From: Dictyostelium discoideum
Taxonomy: Eukaryota
DNA: 64,000 nt
Reading direction: 5' to 3'
Assembly: GCA_000004695.1 (NCBI GenBank)
Contig: CM000150.2
Coordinates: 2,080,001 to 2,144,000, forward strand
Of this stretch, positions 23,446 through 36,145 are shown one piece after another. Position 1 is the stretch's first letter. Every line of letters begins with the position of its first letter. Below the pieces are notes generated by a model that was not told the origin of the DNA, searched no databases, and worked only from the letters and a program-made list of their open reading frames with translations. A program made the translations under genes and the position numbers.

Positions 23446-24623
23446 TTAGAAAAAATTGGAAAATATACTTCGACTTGTTTCTCAATAATATGAATAACTT
23501 TAACTTCAATGCCAAGTTCATGTAAATGACAACCAAATAAAGTATTTAAATCATGGCAAACTGATCCTGAATTATTAATCAGCAATTCCCTAATAACAAT
23601 ATCAATTTCTAATGATAAAGTTCCGCCTATAACTATAATTACAAAATGGAAAAACCGTTGCAAATCTTAATTGTAAGAATTCAATATCTTTTAAAGATTT
23701 TATATATTTAAATTTAATTTGTTAAATATTAACTCTTTAATATTAATATTTTTTTCTATACAAGTTTTTCATATTGAATTATAATCCATTTTATTTTTTA
23801 TTTGATATTTTTAAAATATTTTGGAAAATAAAAATTTCAAAAAATTTTTTATTTTATAAATCACAATAGTAGTTATTTTTAAAATTAATTAAAAAATATA
23901 TTAAAAAATATAATATTTATTTGTGAAAAATAAAAAATTAGGTGTTAATTTTTGAAAAAAAGGTGTTTTGGGGTGTAAAAAAAAAATAAAAAAAATAAAA
24001 AAAAACGTCAACCCCATACAAATACAAAACACCTTTTTTTCGACACCTAAATTTTAATTATTCACGTTTAAATTAAAAAAAAGTCTTCATTATTTGCACA
24101 CGTGTGCAATAATAATAAAAGTCAATAAAAAACAAATTAATTTGAAAAGGATCTCAAAAATTTAATTTTGAAAATTTAACCCTTTCATTTAATTCGGATT
24201 TTATAAAACGCGTTAACTATTTAATTATAATCGTAAATAATTATTTGTTTAAAGTTTTTTTTAAAATTTTAAAAGAGAAATTTTTTTTTTTTTTATTTTA
24301 ATTAAAATTGTTAGATTGGAGATTTCAAAAAAATGATAGATTAAATTAGGAATAGTGTGCAAGTTAGAAAATTAGATCTAAATTTCTAACTTTTTGTTTT
24401 TTATTTATATTTTTTTTTTTTTGTTTTTTTTTTTAAAAAATTAATACCTTAAATTTGTTATTTGTTTTTCAGATTTTAATTTTTATTTGTTATTATTTTT
24501 TTAAAATATTAATTTTAATTAAATTATTTTTGAGATATTTTTAATTATAATTTAATTAAATTTTTAAAATAATAAAAAAAAAAATAAAAAAAAATAAAAA
24601 AAAGTATTGTTTTTTGGTAATAC

Positions 24624-26348
24624 CTATTTACTTTTATTTAATTCCTTTTTATCTGTTTTTTTAGTATAATAAATAAGGAAAAGCCCAATAATAACTGATA
24701 ATAAATTCAAAGCAAAACTTAAAAGGAAAGAAACTTCGAAACAATGATTACCATAACATTTACTATCAACTGAATTTTCTGAAAGGCCATCATAAATTTT
24801 ACTACTAACTGTACTAAAAATTAAAGAACCAGATGCTGAAGATAAAGCCAACTATAATAATAATAATAGTAATAATAAAAATATGTTAGTTTTTTATTAA
24901 TTTATTTTTTAAAAAAAAAAAAAAGTGCAATAGTTAATTGAAAAAAAAAAGTAAATACATACAAAACCGAAATTAAGACCAAATCTTCTTGGGCCAAATC
25001 TGAATGATGCTAATAAAACCATAATTGAAACAATTCCACCATAACCAATACCAGTTAATATAGTAGCTGGATAAAGTAATGGTTTTAATTCAAAAGCACA
25101 AATTAAATGAGTTATTGTAAGAACTAAACTTGATAAAACAACACACCAAAATCTTGAAACTCTCTTTGATCTATTATTAATAAAATGATTAAAATTAATA
25201 TTGAAGTTTTTTTAATTAATTTATATATATTTATAATATACATACATTAAATCCGATAAAAATCCCATTCCAACTCTACCAATTAAATTACCAATTGAAA
25301 AAACAATAACTAAATTACTATGGACTGAATCTGATTCTTTCATTGCTTCAGCCATAATTGCAATATTATTTAAAAACATAATACTTAAACCACCAGCAAA
25401 GAAATAAATTATCCATAAACCCCAAAATTCAATCATTTTTAATAATTTAAAACCTGAAATATCTCTTTTACCATCTAAAAAGTTTGGAATAGAAGTATCA
25501 ATTGAATTTTGATTATGTGATGATATTGTTGAATTTGAATTTGGTTGTTGTAATGATTCTGATGAATTTGAAGAAGATGATGATGATGATGATGAGGATA
25601 TTGAAGATGATGAACCATCCAAAACAAATTTAGATTTAGTATCACTATTACCACTACCTTCTAAATTACTTTCTTCATCTTTTGAATTTATAATTTTTAA
25701 TGGTTTTTCTTTATTAACTTCATCATTTTCATTTTGTTGTTGTTGTTTTTGTTTATCATTTTCATCATCATCTTGATTACTATGATTAAGTATTTCAGGT
25801 TCTTCAACACCTTCAATTCTAACGAGTCTTACAATATATGTAGCAATTAATGATACAATTGATAATAGAATAGCCATAAATAATAAATATCCACCCAAAT
25901 CATCTTCAAAGAATAATTTATAGATTAAACTAAACACAGCAGCTGATAATGCAAACATTCCACATAATATTCCACTAATCTAAAATTTTAAAAATTAATA
26001 ATAAAAATAATAAAATTAATTAATATATTATAAAAATCTCTTAATTTTTAATTTTTTTTTAATTTTTTAAATTTATAATTTACCTTTCCTCTATGTAAAA
26101 TATTATAGTTATGAACATTTGCAACAACACATGCAGTAAAAGTTCCATATGATGATTGACCAATTAAAAATAAAAAGAATGCTAATAATCCTACACTACT
26201 TGAAATGTGACCCTTTACAAGTGCCCAAACCCCAGTACAACCAATTACATATAATACAGTTGCTAATGCATTTGTAAAAAATGGTCCGAAAAAATCGAAA
26301 AATAATCCAACTGTAAGACCAATATACCTATAATTTTATTATTATTAT

Positions 26349-26406
<58 letters not shown>

Positions 26407-26869
26407 GGTAAAAATTAGACAATTAATATTTTATTAAAAATTAAATATAATATAAAATTAAAACTTACATTCCAACATCACCCATTGAAATTGCAAGGGC
26501 AATATCAGTTTGAGAATATCCTAATGTATCTCTAACTTCATTTGAAATTGTACTAAATCCATACAAAGTTCCAGAAGCTAAAATTGCAAAAATACCCCAT
26601 GCCAATGACAAAATACGTTGAACTTTTACATTTTTAATAAAATGTGGAGGTTTATAAAATCTATGTAAACTTTGATCTTTTTTTGGTTTAATTTTTTTAT
26701 TTTCTTTAATTGAAATTTCAGTAGATTCTAAATTATTTGATTTTCCATTATTTCCAAAACTATCAACACTTTCACCCAAGGACCTTTCTTCCAACTCTAA
26801 TTCCTCTGTAGTAACAGAATAATTTGAATCCTTCAGTTTATTTAATGTTGGATTTATTTCATTTGTCAT
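24624..26869 (-). CDS. Nodulin-like major facilitator superfamily transporter, paralog 2 (about 604 aa). Exons 26469..26869, 26084..26327, 25246..25979, 24963..25170, 24624..24851
   Basis: Same five-exon structure as paralog 1, with exon 2 and exon 4 of identical lengths (244 and 208 nt). Reads MTNEINPTLNKLKDSNYSVTTEE...HRFYKPPHFIKNVKVQRILSLAWGIFAILASGTLYGFSTISNEVRDTLGYSQTDIALAISMGDVG | (M)YIGLTVGLFFDFFGPFFTNALATVLYVIGCTGVWALVKGHISSS... | ISGILCGMFALSAAVFSLIYKLFF... | IIKRVSRFW... | LALSSASGSLIFS...*. Confidence 0.75.
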
Positions 26870-26871
26870 TT

Positions 26872-26921
<50 letters not shown>

Positions 26922-26985
26922 ATAATACCTTTAAAACTTGAAAAAAGAACTACTTTCACATTTAATTATTTTTAGCTCTATTTTT

Positions 26986-27018
<33 letters not shown>

Positions 27019-28025
27019 ATTATAATTTTTTTTTTTTTATTTTTTTTTTTATTTTATTTTTTTTTTATTTTATTTTTATTTTATTTTATTTTTATTTTTA
27101 TTTTATTTGTTTGCGAATAATTTTTATTTTTTTTTGTGTTATTTGTTGTTATTATTTTTTTATTTTTTTATTTTGAGATTTAATTTTTTTTTTTTTATTT
27201 GTTTTTTTTTTTTTTTATAATTTTACATGTATTAATAATATATAGTTGGTTGTTGTTATTATTATTACTATTTATTTTTTAATACTTTAACAAATAATAA
27301 TAATAACTTTGATTAATTGGATTAAAAAACAAGAAAATGTCAAAAAAAAATTTCTTTTTAATCATTTCCCAATTCGGTTGTTCAAAAAAAAAAAAATAAA
27401 AAAATAAAAAAAAAATAAAAATAGATACTGAAAAAAAAAAAGAAAAAAACTTTTTAGAAAAGAAAAGGAAGATCTGGATTTCATTTATTAATTTGGATAT
27501 TATTATAATTTACATTTAATTTATTTTTTTATTCATATGAATAAAAATTTATCTATTTTTTTTAATTTAATTTAATTTAATTTTTTTTTTTTTTTTTTTT
27601 TTTTTTTTCATTTTTTAGTTTTTTTTTGTTTTTTTTTTTTGTGGTTATTTTTAACTGTTTTTCGAAATTAATCTTGAGCGGTTTGAAAAAAAAAAAATTC
27701 CAAATTTGTATATTTTAAAAGAGATGAAGAGTGTAGGCAAAATTCGAAAATATAAATTTAGATATACATGATTCGGAGGAAAAAAAATAAAATAAAATAA
27801 AATAAAATTAAATAAAAAAAAAAAATAATTTGGATCCGAAGCAGTATTGAAGCAATATCAAGTTTCCTGGTCTGAAAATAATTTCAATTAAAAAAATAAT
27901 AACTGATCATAAATAAATAAATTAAAAAAATAAATAAAAAAAAAAGTGTTCTTTGGAATTTGTAAAGTTTTTATTATATTAATTATATTTTATTATTATT
28001 ATTATTTTTTATTTATTTATTTATT

Positions 28026-28078
<53 letters not shown>

Positions 28079-28111
28079 ATTATTATCCAGTTTTAAAATA
28101 AGTTAGTTTGT

Positions 28112-29504
28112 TTAATTTAAATTATTTTTTGGTTTATATTGATCTAATAAAATTCTTATAATTGGTTGTTTACGAATTTCTTCACGAATTAAAGAAGGTG
28201 AAGTGAATTTTCCAGAAGCTAAAAGTAAAGCAACTGGAACTATTGATTTTACTTTTGATTCATCACAAAATTCAATATGACGATAAACTGGTAACTCTTT
28301 AATTTCTATTGGTAATTCAGAGGTTGTATTAATTGAATAAACTGAACGTAATAAGAATTGACGTGCCATCTCTTCATTATTTAAATCCATTATACTATTT
28401 ATAATACCACAAGATCTAAAAAACAATTTATTATTTGTTAAACCTAAATCAATCATTCTATTACCATAGACTTTACCAGCCAATACAAATCCACCAGTTG
28501 TTAATGAATTTAAAATGCATTTTAATGAAATTTCATTAAAACATGGTAACCCATTTAAAACTTGATTATTTGTTAATTTAATTTTAATTAAATTTATATT
28601 TTTTTTAAGTAATTCATCTTCTTGATGATTTGTTCCTGGAAACTGTTGTTCTTGATTATTAATAAAATAAAGTAAATGAATTGATTGATTTTTAAAATTA
28701 TCATTTAAAATTGGTAAAATTTCAGATTTGAATTGATTAAATTCTTCATTTGATGAAATTGAAATTACTATAGTATCATTTGAATTTGAATTTTTTAAAA
28801 TTGTTTCCAAGAAATTTGATTGTGATATTTTATATTGTTCAGATACTGATGATAAATCACCATCACGATTTTCCATAACTTTCCAACCACTAATTTTTTC
28901 ATTATCATCACCACCACCGGTACCATTTTGATTCATTAAAAAACCACAGACATCTAATGGACGAGCACCAAATGTTGGTAAAGTTTCAGAAGCATCAATA
29001 AATCCAACAATACCTAATGATTGTGGTGCTAAATAATATAAATGACCAATTTTTGATTTTAAACTATTACCAACATTATCAATAATCTTTGAAATTGATT
29101 CAATATTATAATAAGTTTCACGTAATGTAATTTCATAACTTTTTAATATTAATTTTAATTTTTCATCATCATCATCATCATCATCATCACCATCATTATT
29201 ATTATTATTATTTAATAATGTTAATGGAAATTCAATTGATTTCCATTTATTTAAAACTAGTGTAAAAATTAATTCTAATAAAATTTTAGTACCAGTACCA
29301 GATTTCATTCTAGTTGAACCAGTTAATGGTTCTGGACCAAAGATTGGATTTAAAATGAAATAATCTAATTTTTCATTTTTAGAAATTTGTAATTCTCTTT
29401 GTTGATTTAATTGAATTACAATATCATTAAATGAATAATCCCATTTTTCAATTTTAATTTTTCTAGCCAATTCAATTGGATTAAATCCCATTAATGATAT
29501 AATA

Positions 29505-29553
<49 letters not shown>

Positions 29554-30076
29554 TTAAATCTAATAAATATTTTAATTGTGATGCAACATATGGTGCACTG
29601 AAACCACAAGTTACACCAATATAAACTAGTATTTCTTTTTTATTGCTTTCAGATTGACCGATTTGTGATTTAATATCTTTTAATGCTTGATCAATATTAT
29701 CTTCAGCACCTTCCATACCAACTGTTAAACATAGATCACCACCTGCAATTAAATAATTGAATCTAATTGAATTTGTGAATCCTTTCTCTTTGAGAATTTT
29801 ATTGAATGAACGTGATATGAAGAATGCTAATCTTCCACTTGTACCTGCACCTGTTGTAACAACGTTAATACTATAACCTTGATTTAATCTATCAACAATT
29901 CTATCTACTAATGATTTAATCTCATTTTGAATAGATTGATCATTCAATGATTGATAATCTAAATATCCTGAAAAAATTTGTGAATCACATTGTCTTAATA
30001 ATCTAAGTATTCCAACACTATTAACTTTATCTAAATCTTTTGTTAATTCATTTATTCTTTCTGTTATTGATGTCAT
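28112..30076 (-). CDS. Glucokinase-regulatory-protein-like / MurQ-like SIS-domain protein (654 aa); single exon
   Basis: Uninterrupted ORF. VVTTGAGTSGRLAFFISRSFN is the SIS-domain GxGTSGR motif. The overall length and two-SIS layout match the GCKR / N-acetylmuramic acid 6-phosphate etherase family. Internal poly-Q and poly-D inserts. Confidence 0.7.
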
Positions 30077-30230
30077 TTTTTTTTTTTTTAAAAAAGTAAT
30101 AAGTAAACAATATTAAAAAAAAATGAAAAATGAAAAATGAAAAATGAAAAATAAAAACCAAAAAAAAACAATCAAAATAAAAAATTAAAAAAAAAAATAA
30201 AATAAAATAAAATTTAAAAAAAAAAAAAAA

Positions 30231-30650
30231 AAATATCTTTGGTAATTGGTGATATGGTAATAAAATTTATGCTAAAAAAGTAGTAGACCCCAATTTGTTG
30301 GGATATAAAAAAAATTAATAAATTTAAAAAAAAAGAATATCAGTTTAATAAAATTAATATTTGTATAAAAAAACAACCCACAATTAAACCTTTATATCAC
30401 AATATTTTTTAACAGGTTGACAAGTTTGAGAAATTTCAATATTTTGATAAGATGGAAACATTGGTGATGGAGGTTGTGGCTCCATTGCTAAAATTTGTTT
30501 AATTGATTTATAAGGTTTTATTTGACTTTCTGTTGGAAATGAAAAATTGTTATCTTTAAATGGATAACTTCCTACATTACCACCACCACCACTATTTGAA
30601 GGTGAAAATGTAATGGAAGCGGTACTACCTAGAAGGACTTATAATTTAAT
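30231..30650 (-). pseudogene. Partial duplicate (last exon, part of the last intron and the flank) of the YL1_C-domain gene at 31460..32649
   Basis: 30360-30640 matches 31672-31925 (caattaaacc..ttatatcacaatattttttaacaggttgacaagtttgagaaa.ttcaatattttgataagatggaaacattggtgatggaggttgtgg.tccattgctaaaatttgtttaattgatttataaggtttt...). 30231-30330 matches 31301-31410 (tttttggtaattggtgatatggtaataaaattta...). No upstream exons were copied. Confidence 0.7.
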
Positions 30651-31459
30651 TTAATATGATAAAAGATTTATTTTTTTTTATTAATGTTATTAAAGGAAAT
30701 ATATATAACTTTTGTATTTAATTTAATAGTTTTTAGAATTTATTTATTTATTTTAATTATTTTTTCATTTTTTCTACTAAAATATTGTATATTAGTTTAG
30801 TTTGGTTGATCCAATTTAATTGCTCTTTCAAGAGAATATAACCCTTTTCACTTGAGAAAATTTTTTTGAATTCATTTTTTCATAAAATTCCTACCTCTCC
30901 AATTTATCTGGACCCAATTTACTTTGATATTTTGGAAAATTTTATCTTTTTCTTTTAATGCCATGGAATACTCAGAGAGAGCTTCTTCATGTTCTTCAAC
31001 AGTTTCGGTTAGTTTTTTTTTTTAATTCATCTCTTTCTTTTACTACGATTTTATATTGTTTGTCGAGTTGGAAAATAATTAAAATTTTAATAAACAAGTA
31101 AAGAAATCTGAATTTAAATAAAGTATAATTGGAATACAACATAAATCATAAATAAAAAAATTGGAATTTTTGCAATGTAAATAAATTACATAACAATTAC
31201 ATCCATCAATCTATTTCTATAATGATTATGTTTATTTTCCCTTGATGTGAACTGTTGCACGTTCATTTTCCTGCAGGTGGGGAATTGGAGATTTAATTCG
31301 TATTTTTGGTAATTGGTGATATGGTAATAAAATTTAAACTTTAAAAAAAAATATATTGGTAGACCTCAATTTGTTTGGATATAACAAAAAATGAATAAAT
31401 TTAAAAATAAACAAAAATTCTGTTTATAAATCTTTTTTTTTTTTTTATTAATTTCATAT

Positions 31460-32649
31460 TTATCTATAACCACTCTTTCTTAAACCTAAATAACTTTGTT
31501 TAACATTATCTGTAAAAGAATGAATTAATTGATAAACTGATGAATCATAATATCTTAAAGATGATGTTGGGTCAACATAATTTGACTGAAAAAAGAAAAA
31601 AAAAAAAAAAAAATTAATATCAATTTTATAAAATTAAGATTAATATTAATTGAAAAAAAAAAATAACTTACAATTAAACCAGTTATATCACAATATTTTT
31701 TAACAGGTTGACAAGTTTGAGAAACTTCAATATTTTGATAAGATGGAAACATTGGTGATGGAGGTTGTGGTTCCATTGCTAAAATTTGTTTAATTGATTT
31801 ATAAGGTTTTTTTTGACTTTCTGTTGGAAATGAGAAATTGTTATCTTTAAATGGATAACTTCCTTCATTACCACCACCACCACTATTTGAAGGTGAAAAT
31901 TCTGATGTCAACTTTTTTCTACCTGGTTTCTTTTTTGGTGTTGAAATTGTTAATGGTGTTGGTGGTACTGATACATTTGGTGAATTTGTAGGTTTCTTTT
32001 TATTATTATTGACTGGTATATTATTTAATGATTTCTTTATTGGTGTTGATTTTGAATTTGAAATTTTCTTTTTTTTTATTACTTTTTTATCATCAATATC
32101 ACTTGCATCACTTGCATCTTCTTCATCTTCTTCTTCATCACCTCCACCACTACCCTCTTCATCACCTTCTTCATATTCATCACCTTCTCCATCCTCATAA
32201 TCACCTTCTCCATCATCTTCATTATATTCTTCTTTACTATTATTTGAATTAACTTCATCTCCTATATCTACATCTTCTGATTCATCTTTATTATTATTAC
32301 TATTATTATTACTACTACTACTATTATCATCAGATTGATCTGTATTTCTTTTTGTTGGTGTTAATGTTGAAGCAGGACGTTTTAATGATAATTTTACTTT
32401 AATTGAAGCAGGTGGTGGTTGTGATGGTGGATTCTTACCACTTGCTTTTGATATTGGTTTTGATTTTGTTTTTGCTACTTTTTTTTTATTTGATGAATCT
32501 GAATCTGATGCTTCATTATCATATAAATCATCAGTTGTAGTATTTGTTTCTTCCTCTTGTTCACCATCGCTTTCACTATTTTCACTTCCTGAAAAAAAAT
32601 TCTTATTTATTGGTTTTCTACTCCTTTTTCCATTAAGTGTATTAACCAT
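31460..32649 (-). CDS. YL1_C-domain protein (Ies6/INO80C- or Vps72/YL1-like) with an acidic, low-complexity N-terminal region (about 367 aa). Exons 31672..32649 and 31460..31585
   Basis: MVNTLNGKRSRKP..., then acidic D/E/S tracts, then ...KKYCDITGLI. GTAAGT donor; acceptor TTTCAG. Last exon SNYVDPTSSLRYYDSSVYQLIHSF... gives the YL1_C motif C-D/P-I-T-G-L-x-A-x-Y-x-D-P. The ATG at 32649 (AAAATGG context) is preferred over the ORF-track Met, which lies inside a poly-T run. Confidence 0.6.
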
Positions 32650-32696
32650 TTTATATATTGTTTTAAAAATATGTATATATGTATTTGTTTGGTTTA

Positions 32697-32735
<39 letters not shown>

Positions 32736-33024
32736 AAAAAATGAAAAAATAAATAAAAAAAAAAATAAAAATAAAAGTAAAAAATTTCAAAAAATTCCAA
32801 AATAAAAAAAAAAAAACAAAAATTACAAAAACAAATAACTGCTGATTTAAATAATTTGATAAAATAATAAATGTTTTAAAATTTATTTGAACTAATTATA
32901 TATTTTTTTTTTTTTCATTTTTTTGTAAGTGAGATATGGATTTTTTTTTTTTTTCGGATATTTTTTGGATATTTTTTTTTTTTTTTTTTTTTGGAAAGAC
33001 TTGGAAAAAAAAGACTAAATTAAT

Positions 33025-36020
33025 TTATTTTCTTCCACCTTTACCTTTACCTTTTTTACCTTTACCTTTGTTGTTATTATTATTGTTGTTTGGTTTTTTT
33101 GGTTGGTTAGCGTTGGTGGTAGTTTGTTCAGTGGTAGTATTAGAGGCTTCATCGACTTCTTCACCTTCTTCGGTTTCTTCTTTGTTTTCAGTTTCAGTTG
33201 GTTTAGCTTGTTCAGTGGTTGATTCTTCTACTTTGGTTTCTTCTTGGACTGGTTCTTCAACTTTGGTTTCTTCTTGAACTGGTTCTTCAACTTTAGTTTC
33301 TTCTTGGACTGGTTCTTCAACTTTAGTTTCTTCTTGAACTGGTTCTTCAACTTTAGTTTCTTCTTGGACTGGTTCTTCAACTTTGATTTCTTCTTGAACT
33401 GGTTCTTCAACTTTAGTTTCTTCTTGGACTGGTTCTTCAACTTTAGTTTCTTCGGCAGCTTTTTCAGCGGCGGCTTCAGCTTCTAATCTTTCTTTTTCGG
33501 CTTGTGCAGCGGCGGCAGCTTCAGCTTCTAATCTTTCTTTTTCGGCTTGGGCAGCAGCGGCTTCAGCTTCTAATCTTTCTTTTTCTAAACGTTCAGTTTC
33601 TTCTTTTTCTAATCTTTCTTTTTCGGCTTGGGCAGCGGCGGCAGCTTCAGCTTCTAATCTTTCTTTTTCAGCTTGAGCAGCGGCAGCTTCAGCTTCTAAT
33701 TTTTCTTTTTCAGCTTGAGCGGCAGCGGCGGCTTCAGCTTCTAATCTTTCTTTTTCAGCTTGAGCAGCGGCGGCTTCAGCTTCTAATTTTTCTTTTTCTA
33801 AACGTTCAGCTTCTTCTTTTTCTAATCTTTCTTTTTCGGCTTGAGCAGCAGCTTCAGCTTCAGCTTCTAATTTTTCTTTTTCAGCTTGAGCAGCAGCAGC
33901 AGCTTCAGCTTCTAATCTTTCTTTTTCGGCTTGTGCAGCAGCGGCGGCTTCAGCTTCTAATCTTTCTTTTTCAGCTTGAGCAGCGGCGGCTTCAGCTTCT
34001 AATTTTTCTTTTTCTAAACGTTCAGCTTCTTCTTTTTCAGCTTGAGCAGCAGCGGCGGCTTCAGCTTCTAATCTTTCTTTTTCGGCTTGAGCAGCAGCGG
34101 CGGCTTCAGCTTCTAATCTTTCTTTTTCAGCTTGAGCAGCGGCGGCAGCTTCGGCTTCTAATCTTTCTTTTTCGGCTTGGGCAGCAGCGGCAGCTTCAGC
34201 TTCTAATTTTTCTTTTTCAGCTTGAGCAGCGGCGGCAGCTTCGGCTTCTAATTTCTCTTTTTCTAAACGTTCAGTTTCTTCTTTTTCTAATCTTTCTTTT
34301 TCAGCTTGAGCGGCAGCGGCGGCTTCAGCTTCTAATCTTTCTTTTTCAGCTTGAGTAGCAGCGGCGGCTTCAGCTTCTAATTTTTCTTTTTCTAAACGAT
34401 CAGCTTCTTCTTTTTCTAATCTTTCTTTTTCAGCTTGAACGGCAGCGGCGGCTTCAGCTTCTAATCTTTCTTTTTCAGCTTGGGCGGCAGCGGCGGCTTC
34501 AGCTTCTAATCTTTCTTTTTCAGCTTGAGCAGCAGCGGCGGCTTCAGCTTCTAATCTTTCTTTTTCTAATTTATCTGCTTCTTCTTTTTCTAAACGTTCT
34601 TTTTCAGCTTGAGCGGCTGCTGCTGCTTCTTGTTGTTGTTTTTCTAAATTTTCTTGAGCTTCCTTTTCATCTTTAATTCTCTTTTCTTCAGCTTCTTTGG
34701 CAACTCTTTCAGCCTCTTCCTTTTCTAAACGCTCTTTTTCTAATTTTGCTGCTGCTTCTTCTTTTTCTAAACGTTCTTTTTCTTCTTTTTCTTTTGAATC
34801 ATCAACAACTGGTTCTGGTTTTGATTCTTCAACAACTGGTTTTGATTCTTCGACTACTGGTTTTGATTCTTCGACAACTGGTTTTGATTCTTCAACAACT
34901 GGTTTTGATTCTTCAACAACTGGTGAAGAAGTAGTTGTAGTAGTTGTAGTTGTTGTAGAAGTAGTAGTAGTGTTAATATTTGATGATGGTGATTCATTTT
35001 TAGCATTTTCAATTCTTTCTTTAATCCATTCTAAAATATAAGTAACAAATTCTTCTTTAGCAAATTCATTATGAACTTCATGATACATATTTTCCCAAAG
35101 TTTTAAAGTTTTATCGACAGTTGATGGAACACGATCATAGAATTGTTGTGAAGCTTTTGGACAAGTGATTTTATCATCATTAGCGTGAACCAATAATAAT
35201 GGAGTATCAAATTGTGGTGCTAAATCAATGAGTTGTTCAGAACGTTGTAACATCCATTTAGCCATACCCAATGAGATTTTATTGTGAACCAATTTATCTT
35301 GTTTATATTCGTTTACGACTGCAGAATCTTTAGAGATTAAAGTTGGATCGATTGAATTGCTGATGGTCCATGATGGCATGAGACCACCCAATAAATTACC
35401 CATACTAAGTTTGACACCTGATACTTTGATTGCTGGTTTAATCAATGGTGATGTAACGATACAACCTGCTGGATGGTGATCTTTCTTCTTTAAATTGTAA
35501 TGAAGTGCTAAACAACCACCAAAACTATGACCATAGATAAAATGTGGTACATCGGTTTCAGCTGTTGATGCAATTAATTGAATATCTTTTAATGATTGTT
35601 CGAGTGATGGTGAATGACCTCTAACACCACTTGAAATACCATGACCTCTTTGATCGAATGCATTTACTTTAATACCTTGTTCTGCAAATCTACTAAAAAC
35701 ATGTTCATAACGACCACTATGTTCACCTAAACCATGAATCTAAATAATAAAAAGTTTTTTATTAAAATTAAGTTACACATAAATTTTTTTTTTTTTTTTT
35801 TTTTTTTTTCCCTCTTAATTTTTTTTTTTTTTTTTTTTCCCACGAATCTCAAAAATAAAAAAAAAAAAAAAAAATAATGAAAAAGAAGGGGTGAAGGGGT
35901 TTATTATTGGTTTTAAAAAACTTACCATGGTAACTGTGGCAATTGGTTTAACTTTTGGCTATGAAATATAAAAATAAATTATTAAGAAAATTAATATCCA
36001 TGCATTATTATTTGAATTTG

Positions 36021-36070
<50 letters not shown>

Positions 36071-36145
36071 ATTACTTACAGTCCATGTTCTAAGTGATAA
36101 AGTTTCTTTATCAGATGTTAATAAATTACTAACTGATGATGTCAT
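33025..36145 (-). CDS. Alpha/beta-hydrolase (monoglyceride-lipase-like) N-terminal domain fused to a long acidic coiled-coil tandem-repeat region (about 937 aa). Exons 36080..36145, 35926..35958, 33025..35739
   Basis: Exon 1 MTSSVSNLLTSDKETLSLRTWT, then a GTAAGT donor. Exon 2 PKVKPIATVTM, then GTAAGT. Exon 3 IHGLGEHSGRYEHVFSRFAEQGIKVNAFDQRGHGIS...IYGHSFGGCLALHYN...; MGLL-type HG..EH..RY and GHSxGG motifs. Then (ESKPVV)6, about 30 copies of AEKERLEAEAAAAAQ-type 17-aa repeats, (ETKVEEPVQE)8, and a basic KGKGKKGKGKGGRK tail. Confidence 0.7.
33230..34980 (-). repeat. Coding tandem-repeat array (18 bp, 30 bp and about 51 bp units) inside the hydrolase/coiled-coil gene
   Basis: Near-identical 51 bp DNA units (gcttcagcttctaatctttctttttcggcttgagcagcagcggcg), 30 bp units (ggactggttcttcaactttagtttcttctt) and 18-24 bp units (ttgattcttcgacaactggt). 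There is higher-order periodicity, with EKERLEKEEAxRLEKExLE variants every 2-4 units. Confidence 0.85.

Noticed and set aside
23439-23663. 74-aa minus-strand ORF MQRFFHFVIIVIGGTLSLEIDIVIRELLINNSGSVCHDLNTLFGCHLHELGIEVKVIHIIEKQVEV...
   Set aside because: It has moderately coding-like composition, but I could not match it to any family. It overlaps a spacer repeat copy. I left it unannotated rather than guessing.
19731-26869. Possibility that the two MFS gene copies are an assembly duplication
   Set aside because: The copies differ at many positions. Intron sequences, loop regions and spacer content are distinct, and the flanks are different, so they are genuine paralogs.
33244-34358. Plus-strand ORFs 33244..33486 and 33504..34358 (WFFNFSFF.. 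/ LQLLIFLF.. repeats)
   Set aside because: They are the antisense reading of the coding tandem-repeat array of the minus-strand hydrolase/coiled-coil gene. Their periodicity comes from the repeat, not from independent coding.
33230-34980. Regularly spaced near-identical repeats that could superficially resemble a CRISPR array
   Set aside because: This is a eukaryotic nuclear genome. The units are directly adjacent with no unique spacers, and they sit inside an open reading frame encoding amino-acid repeats.
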